A stretch of DNA of 21,452 nt from a bacterium (GTDB taxonomy: Bacteria; RBG-13-61-14; DATKZS01): positions 1-21,452 of the forward strand of contig JAWOBU010000248.1 of NCBI GenBank assembly GCA_046484135.1, written 5' to 3'. This document shows positions 16,422 through 21,452 of the stretch, one piece after another (position 1 is the first letter of the stretch; every line of letters begins with the position of its first letter). The notes below the pieces were generated by a model that saw nothing but the letters and a program-made list of their open reading frames with translations, was not told the DNA's origin and ran no database searches. A program made the translations under genes and the position numbers.

Positions 16422-17537
16422 TCAATATCTCCCCCACTCCTCCGCGGCCTCCGCCAGGGCCTTGACGTTCTCCGGCCGGGCGTTGGCCGGGATCGAGCAG
16501 CCCGACGACAGAATGAAGCCGCCGCCTTTGCCCACCTCTTCGATCAGGCCCTTGCAGTAGGACATGACCTCGTCTTTTTCCGAAAAGGCCAAAAGATAGG
16601 CGGGCACGTCGCCCATGATGCACATCCGGTCGCCGAGCATCTGTTTGGCTTGCCTGATGTCGGAAGCGCCGTCCAGCTCCAGTATGATTTTGCCCTTCGG
16701 CAAACGCCGGAAGAAATCGAAGTTCTTCGTCCAGTCGGTGTCGCAGTGGAACAGGGGAGTAAGGCCCGCCTCGATTATGGTATTGGTCATGTACTCGAGC
16801 TCCGGCCAGACAAACTCCTCGAAGTGACGCGGAGAGATAAAAGAAGGCGACGACCGGGAGAGACCGATGAACACGCGGGGAACGCCCACCAGCCGGGCGA
16901 AACGTATGGCAAGAGAAGTGAACGAATGTGCCCACACCCGGCCTGCGCTTTTTATCTTCTCCGGCCGGTCGAACAGGTCCAGGCTCATGGGAGCCATGCT
17001 CCGGCCCAGCGAGAAGTACTCGAACAGGGGACCGGGCAGCATGAAGCCCACCGCGGGCTCCGCGCCCGCAGCCCGCACCTTGCCCGCATGGGAACGAATC
17101 TCCAGCGCGAAAGAAGCTGCAACGCGAAGTCCCTTCCAGAAGCCGAGCCAAGGGTAAAGCCGCAAGGCCACCTCCTGGAGAAACCTGGTGAGTCCCTCTT
17201 TTTCAAGCAGGTCGTAATCGTCCGGGGTAAGAAGCTCGAACTCTTCGAACTGGTGGATGTCCTCCGCGGGAAGGTCCTTGCCCGGCCAGCGCACCCGCGC
17301 CGGTGCGCCGTAAAGAAGAGCCGGGATGATGGTCTCGCCCATGAAGGTCATGTCCCACGGACCCGTCTCTCGCATGGTCGTGAGAAATGCACGGAGTCGC
17401 TCGCGCTTGTCGTACATGAGAGAGGCCTTGCTGATGCCGCAGTAGCTCGCCGCAAAGTAATCCAAGAGCGGTCCCACCGGCACCCGGTCCGGCGCCTCCA
17501 GCGCCACCACCGCCTCGATGCGCTCTCTCGAGTTCAT
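16422..17537 (-). CDS. Uroporphyrinogen decarboxylase/cobalamin-dependent methyltransferase (MtaA/CmuA-like) family protein
   Basis: 371 aa. MNSRERI...PDRVPV, ISPRHFEEFVWP, LFHCD, AK..LGDRMCIMGDV, GGGFILSSGCSIP.NA.PENV. Confidence 0.85.
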   Translation of the reverse strand: MNSRERIEAVVALEAPDRVPVGPLLDYFAASYCGISKASLMYDKRERLRAFLTTMRETGPWDMTFMGETIIPALLYGAPARVRWPGKDLPAEDIHQFEEFELLTPDDYDLLEKEGLTRFLQEVALRLYPWLGFWKGLRVAASFALEIRSHAGKVRAAGAEPAVGFMLPGPLFEYFSLGRSMAPMSLDLFDRPEKIKSAGRVWAHSFTSLAIRFARLVGVPRVFIGLSRSSPSFISPRHFEEFVWPELEYMTNTIIEAGLTPLFHCDTDWTKNFDFFRRLPKGKIILELDGASDIRQAKQMLGDRMCIMGDVPAYLLAFSEKDEVMSYCKGLIEEVGKGGGFILSSGCSIPANARPENVKALAEAAEEWGRY

Positions 17538-17565
17538 GGTTTATGAAGACTCTTTGTAAAAAGGA

Positions 17566-19281
17566 TCATAGCTCATCAGGGTCGTCGCCCGCCTCCGGCT
17601 CGGAGTAGAAGAAGGGGTCTGCCGCGCAGTTCGGGTCCAGCGCGGCCTTGAGCCGGGCCATCCACTTCTGGTAGTCGCCGCAATGAGGACCGAGCCGCTG
17701 GTTCATGCGCATTCCAAAACCGGCGATCGGCGTGCCGAAGGCCTCGGAAATGCAAGCGTCCACAGCCTCGTCAATCACCTTGCCGGCGGCCAGAACGCTC
17801 TCGGGTTCCTTGGTGGTGTAAAGACCGATGCCTTCCATGTAGCCCAGGTGCGAGTGCTCGAAAGTCCCGCCGCAGCCCAGGTCGCCGCCGTCGTCAAGAA
17901 ACAGCCCCTCTCTGATATACTCCTCTTTCTTCCCGGCGAGCCAGTCGGACTGCCGCAAACCCATGTCCCAGGTGTCGAAGCCGCCCATGGATGTAAACAT
18001 GGCCTGGGAAGGACGGAAGTTGCCCTGCACGTTGTTGGCGTGCCGGAGCAGGACCCAGAACAGGGAAGACACTGCCCGTTTGCGTCCGGCCTCGTTTACG
18101 GGAAGCCGCTCGATCCAGTCGGTAAGAAACGGAAACAGCCGGAGGAGCTTTAAGGGGTCAAAAATGAACCTGGTGAGCTTGCCGGCCATGACAACCGCCT
18201 TCTCGCTGGTGTCCATGTTGAGAGGCAGGCGCACGCCCCGGACCTCTTTGAGTATCTGCCGGAGCGCCTTGGTCTTCCATTCGTACTCCCGCATGGAGGA
18301 GCCCATGACCGCGGCGATAAGGTTCCAGCGCGCCGTCTTCTGGAACAGACCGCTCTCCCACACCCGCTTGAGCTCGAGGTTGGTGTCGGTAGCGCCCAGG
18401 GCGGTCATGAAAGGCGGCAGCCGGAAGTCGGCGTAAGTTATTTCCGCTTCGCCAAGCAAGTAGCCGGCGTCAGCCAGCGCCTTCTCGTCCGGAAAGTTGA
18501 GCATGAAAAGGCCCAGGTTCGGCGGCAAGTCCTTGACCGTGTAATGCGGAGACGCTCCCCCCGTCTCGATCTCGGCCGGGCCGTGCCACGAGTAGAGCTT
18601 GAGCGCCGCCTTGGTAAAGACACCCAGGCCGCCGAAAGCGCCGGTGTAGCCGCGCATGATGCCGCGCAGGGAAGGGCCGGGACCGTCCGCGCTGAACCAG
18701 CCCGCCTCTGACCCCGCGGACCCGAGCCGCAGGACCTCTCCAGTGGGCAGGACCCACTCGGCGCCCAACAGGTTCCGACCGCTGTAGCTCATGGAAGGTC
18801 CGTCCAGACCGGTGCCCCAGGCAGAGGTGGCGGACGCCAGCGGAGAGTGGTTGCCCCCGCAGGAGACCACGTGAAGGTTCAGTCCCTCCTTCCACAGCAT
18901 GGTCTGAAGGATGATGGCTTTCACATAGGGCTCGACAACCGCGATCCGGTTTTTGGTGTCTATGTCAATGATCCTGTCCATGCGTTTTAAGTCAAGTATG
19001 ATCACGCCCGGCCGGGAGGACGCGGCTGTGGCGCTCCAGCCGGTGGACAAGGGCTTAACCATGATGTTCTCACTGTTTGCAAGCTTCATGATCTCGGAGA
19101 CCTCTTCCGTGCTCGAGGGCATCACTACCGCCTCCGGACGAGGCAGCCACAGGCTCCCGTCCTCGTTTAATATCTCCGGATTCATGTAGTAGGAGTAGGT
19201 GTCCATCATGCAGGGGTCGGAGTTGACCCACTCCTGTCCGACGATCTCCTTGAGTATTTGTAACTGCGACTCCTTCAGCAT
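17566..19281 (-). CDS. FAD-binding oxidoreductase (VAO/PCMH/GlcD superfamily), large subunit
   Basis: 571 aa. P.AVVMP.STEEV, LDLKRMDRI.DID, AVVEP, E.VLPTGEV.R.G, GPGPSLRG, GGLGVFTK, LKAALDPN. Confidence 0.87.
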   Translation of the reverse strand: MLKESQLQILKEIVGQEWVNSDPCMMDTYSYYMNPEILNEDGSLWLPRPEAVVMPSSTEEVSEIMKLANSENIMVKPLSTGWSATAASSRPGVIILDLKRMDRIIDIDTKNRIAVVEPYVKAIILQTMLWKEGLNLHVVSCGGNHSPLASATSAWGTGLDGPSMSYSGRNLLGAEWVLPTGEVLRLGSAGSEAGWFSADGPGPSLRGIMRGYTGAFGGLGVFTKAALKLYSWHGPAEIETGGASPHYTVKDLPPNLGLFMLNFPDEKALADAGYLLGEAEITYADFRLPPFMTALGATDTNLELKRVWESGLFQKTARWNLIAAVMGSSMREYEWKTKALRQILKEVRGVRLPLNMDTSEKAVVMAGKLTRFIFDPLKLLRLFPFLTDWIERLPVNEAGRKRAVSSLFWVLLRHANNVQGNFRPSQAMFTSMGGFDTWDMGLRQSDWLAGKKEEYIREGLFLDDGGDLGCGGTFEHSHLGYMEGIGLYTTKEPESVLAAGKVIDEAVDACISEAFGTPIAGFGMRMNQRLGPHCGDYQKWMARLKAALDPNCAADPFFYSEPEAGDDPDEL

Positions 19282-19296
19282 TACGTCACCCCTGTC

Positions 19297-20682
19297 TCAC
19301 AGGCCGAATCTGCCCGGGCTTAAAACACGCCCCGGATCGAAAACCTTTTTGACCTTTTGAAGAAGATCGTAACCGGCCGGGTCCAGGCCGGGCTCCATGT
19401 CCGCGGCCGCGCCGTAGGGCCTGCTCCAGAAAGCGCCCGCTTCGGTGAGCGCACGAACCGCGGTTTTCTCTAGCTCCTTCATCTTTTGCACCTCTCCCGT
19501 CTGCGAGCCGTCAAAAGGCACTATGAACTCGTAATGACAAGCATGGTTCTGGACCACCGGCTGAAGGTAAAGGCAGTAATCCTCTCTCCGGATATCATGA
19601 GCAGCGGCCACTGCAGAGAAAGAGTCCACAAAAAAAGGAGCTCGGTCCAGGGTGGAGAGGAAGAACAGGGACAGGAAATTATTAGCTCGGCCTCGTCTCC
19701 AGTCCGATTCGCCCGAAGCTGACATGGCGCGGGCCAGAACCTCATGCGCGGTTGCCTCGCTTATTCTTTCAGAAAGCGAAACATGGAAACGCACAGCCAT
19801 ATCGTCAAGATCTTTCCGCTGGTACTCGACCCGTTCTTTGGACAGGCGCTCGAACCCGCAGACGTTCAAAAGCGCGACAAACTCGGGAAGCTCGCCCGGT
19901 CTCGCTATACCTCCCGCCAGGAGCATAAGGAGCGCGGCGCGGTCGAGTATAAAGCAGTGTTCTCCCAGTCCCGCCTTTTGCACCGCGTAGAGAAACTCGA
20001 TGGGTGGAGGAAGTGTTTTCGAGCCGATCAGCCGCGGTTCGGAAATGGACGGCATAAGCTCGCACCGCATGGTGATCCAGGTGGCGATGCCAAAACTCCC
20101 CTGCGAGCCTCCCACCACGCGGTGGAAGTCGGTCTGGGCGGGTCCCATGGGGCTTTTCTGAGCGCCGCCCGACTCGCGTTGTTTGGTAAGGGAACCCGGC
20201 CCGCCCGCGGCGCCGGTGCGAAATATCGAGCCGTCTCCGAACACCACTTCCATGGAGGCCAGCGGGTCGGCTATGTCCCATTGCTTGTTGGGCCAGGTGG
20301 AAGGCTCCCGGTCGAGCACCGCTGCGAGCACGCTTTTTCCCGGCCGCGGAGTGAGGGGCAAAGACACGGTTAGCTTGTAAGGCTCGAGCGCTGCGACCAG
20401 CTCGGGATAGGTAACTCCGGGCTCGATCATGGCCACCCGGTTGCGGCGGTCCACGTGTAGTACCTGTTTCCAGTCGGACAGGTCCACGATCGAGTGAGGT
20501 TCTGCACACATGGTCCCGCCTTTTTGGTGAGGAGCGGCGGACGAGACAGGGACCAGCTTTTCATTGTTCTGGTTGGCTTCATAAACGATATTTTGCAGCT
20601 CGCGTGCGTCCGCGGGCTTATACACGCGGGAAGGGGAGACGCCTTTCTCGAGCAATGGATTCTTCGGCAGGTACGATTCCAT
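19297..20682 (-). CDS. FAD-binding oxidoreductase (VAO/PCMH/GlcD superfamily), second subunit
   Basis: VDLSDWKQV, AMIEPGVTY, MEVVFGDGSIFRTG, GSQGSFGIAT, KKVFDPGRVLSPGR. Start is ATG 20682 after GGAG, or GTG 20688 overlapping the upstream stop. Confidence 0.87.
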   Translation of the reverse strand: MESYLPKNPLLEKGVSPSRVYKPADARELQNIVYEANQNNEKLVPVSSAAPHQKGGTMCAEPHSIVDLSDWKQVLHVDRRNRVAMIEPGVTYPELVAALEPYKLTVSLPLTPRPGKSVLAAVLDREPSTWPNKQWDIADPLASMEVVFGDGSIFRTGAAGGPGSLTKQRESGGAQKSPMGPAQTDFHRVVGGSQGSFGIATWITMRCELMPSISEPRLIGSKTLPPPIEFLYAVQKAGLGEHCFILDRAALLMLLAGGIARPGELPEFVALLNVCGFERLSKERVEYQRKDLDDMAVRFHVSLSERISEATAHEVLARAMSASGESDWRRGRANNFLSLFFLSTLDRAPFFVDSFSAVAAAHDIRREDYCLYLQPVVQNHACHYEFIVPFDGSQTGEVQKMKELEKTAVRALTEAGAFWSRPYGAAADMEPGLDPAGYDLLQKVKKVFDPGRVLSPGRFGL

Positions 20683-20684
20683 GT

Positions 20685-21452
20685 TCACTCCGAAAGGCCG
20701 GAAGCCTCGAACACCAGGTCAACCACGTCCGCGATCCTGGTCCGCTTGTCAGCTTCCAGTTTTTCCTGGGCTCTTTCGAACTGGGCGCGGCAATGCGAGC
20801 AGGCGGTGGCCAGGACATCCGCGCCCACAGCCCGGGCCTCCTCCAGCCGGTGGAGCGCCGCGCTTTCTGCAAGGCCGGGAAACGCCTCGGGCGCGCCACC
20901 GCCGCCTCCGCAGCAGAAGGAGTACTCGCGGATGCGATACATCTCGTTAAAGTCCGCTCCCGGGATGGCGCGGAGAAGCCGGCGGGGCGGGTCGTACACG
21001 CCGTTGGCTCCGCGGTTCACCTGCCGGGGCGGGTCGGTGTAGGTCATGAGGTTTAGTGCGAGCTTTTCCTCGCTCTCTTGTTTAACGAACGGCTCGCTCT
21101 GGCGGCCGAGGTAGCAGGGGTCGTGATAGGTGATCCCGGCATTAACTTTCTTTTTCAGCTTGAGCCTGCCCTTTTGCAGAAGCTCGGCCAGGACCTCCGA
21201 GGCGTGGACCACCTCGACGCCTGGCTCGACGCCATACTCCGGGTACTTGGAACGCATGGCTCCCAGGCAGGAGCCGGAGAGCGTGATCACTCTTTGCGCG
21301 CCGCTTTCGCGGAACAGGCGGGCGATGGAGGCTGCCGCGTGCATAAAGTATTGGCGGTTTCCTTTCCAGTAAAAAGGCAGGCCGCAGCAATGCTCGAGCT
21401 CGCCTGCCACGCATATATCGAGGCCAGAAGCCGTGAGCAGAGCGGCAAGCCT
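20685..21452 (-). CDS. (Fe-S)-binding protein with CCG domains (GlcF/HdrD/GlpC family), 5' part outside the window
   Basis: The frame is open to the window end (RLAALLTASGLDICVAGELEHCCG...). Motifs EHCCG, TYHDPCYLGR, FCCGGGGG, ATACSHC. Confidence 0.9.
   Translation of the reverse strand, partial: RLAALLTASGLDICVAGELEHCCGLPFYWKGNRQYFMHAAASIARLFRESGAQRVITLSGSCLGAMRSKYPEYGVEPGVEVVHASEVLAELLQKGRLKLKKKVNAGITYHDPCYLGRQSEPFVKQESEEKLALNLMTYTDPPRQVNRGANGVYDPPRRLLRAIPGADFNEMYRIREYSFCCGGGGGAPEAFPGLAESAALHRLEEARAVGADVLATACSHCRAQFERAQEKLEADKRTRIADVVDLVFEASGLSE

Noticed and set aside
16422..17537. Calling this gene hemE
   Set aside because: It lacks the HemE RQAGR motif; the HCD and GC motifs fit the methyltransferase-like branch.

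Overview
GC-rich bacterial chromosomal window; the gene content suggests an anaerobic, Deltaproteobacteria-like lipid or acyl-CoA degrader, but taxonomy cannot be fixed from sequence alone. The left block (minus strand) holds an Fe-dependent alcohol dehydrogenase, a glutaryl-CoA-dehydrogenase-like ACAD, ycjX, ycjF, a GH57 glucanotransferase/amylase and a partial rsmD. An intact IS630 element (TA duplication, stop codon supplied by the target) sits inside a cluster of GTGG-type REP hairpins. A ClC-CBS transporter and an orphan TonB protein diverge across an intergenic region with a perfect-consensus sigma70 promoter, a structured leader and a G14 tract. Next come an SCP2-ACAD-thiolase-epimerase-like operon, an AT-rich toxin-first PIN module with a 54-aa ORF missing from the ORF track, and the 3' part of a minus-strand operon (CCG Fe-S protein, two divergent VAO/PCMH-type flavoproteins, URO-D/methyltransferase-family protein). 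No tRNA, rRNA or CRISPR array was seen. The best candidates for undescribed biology are the Fe-S/2xFAD/URO-D operon, the ClC leader RNA, the PIN plus small-protein pair and the covarying REP hairpins.
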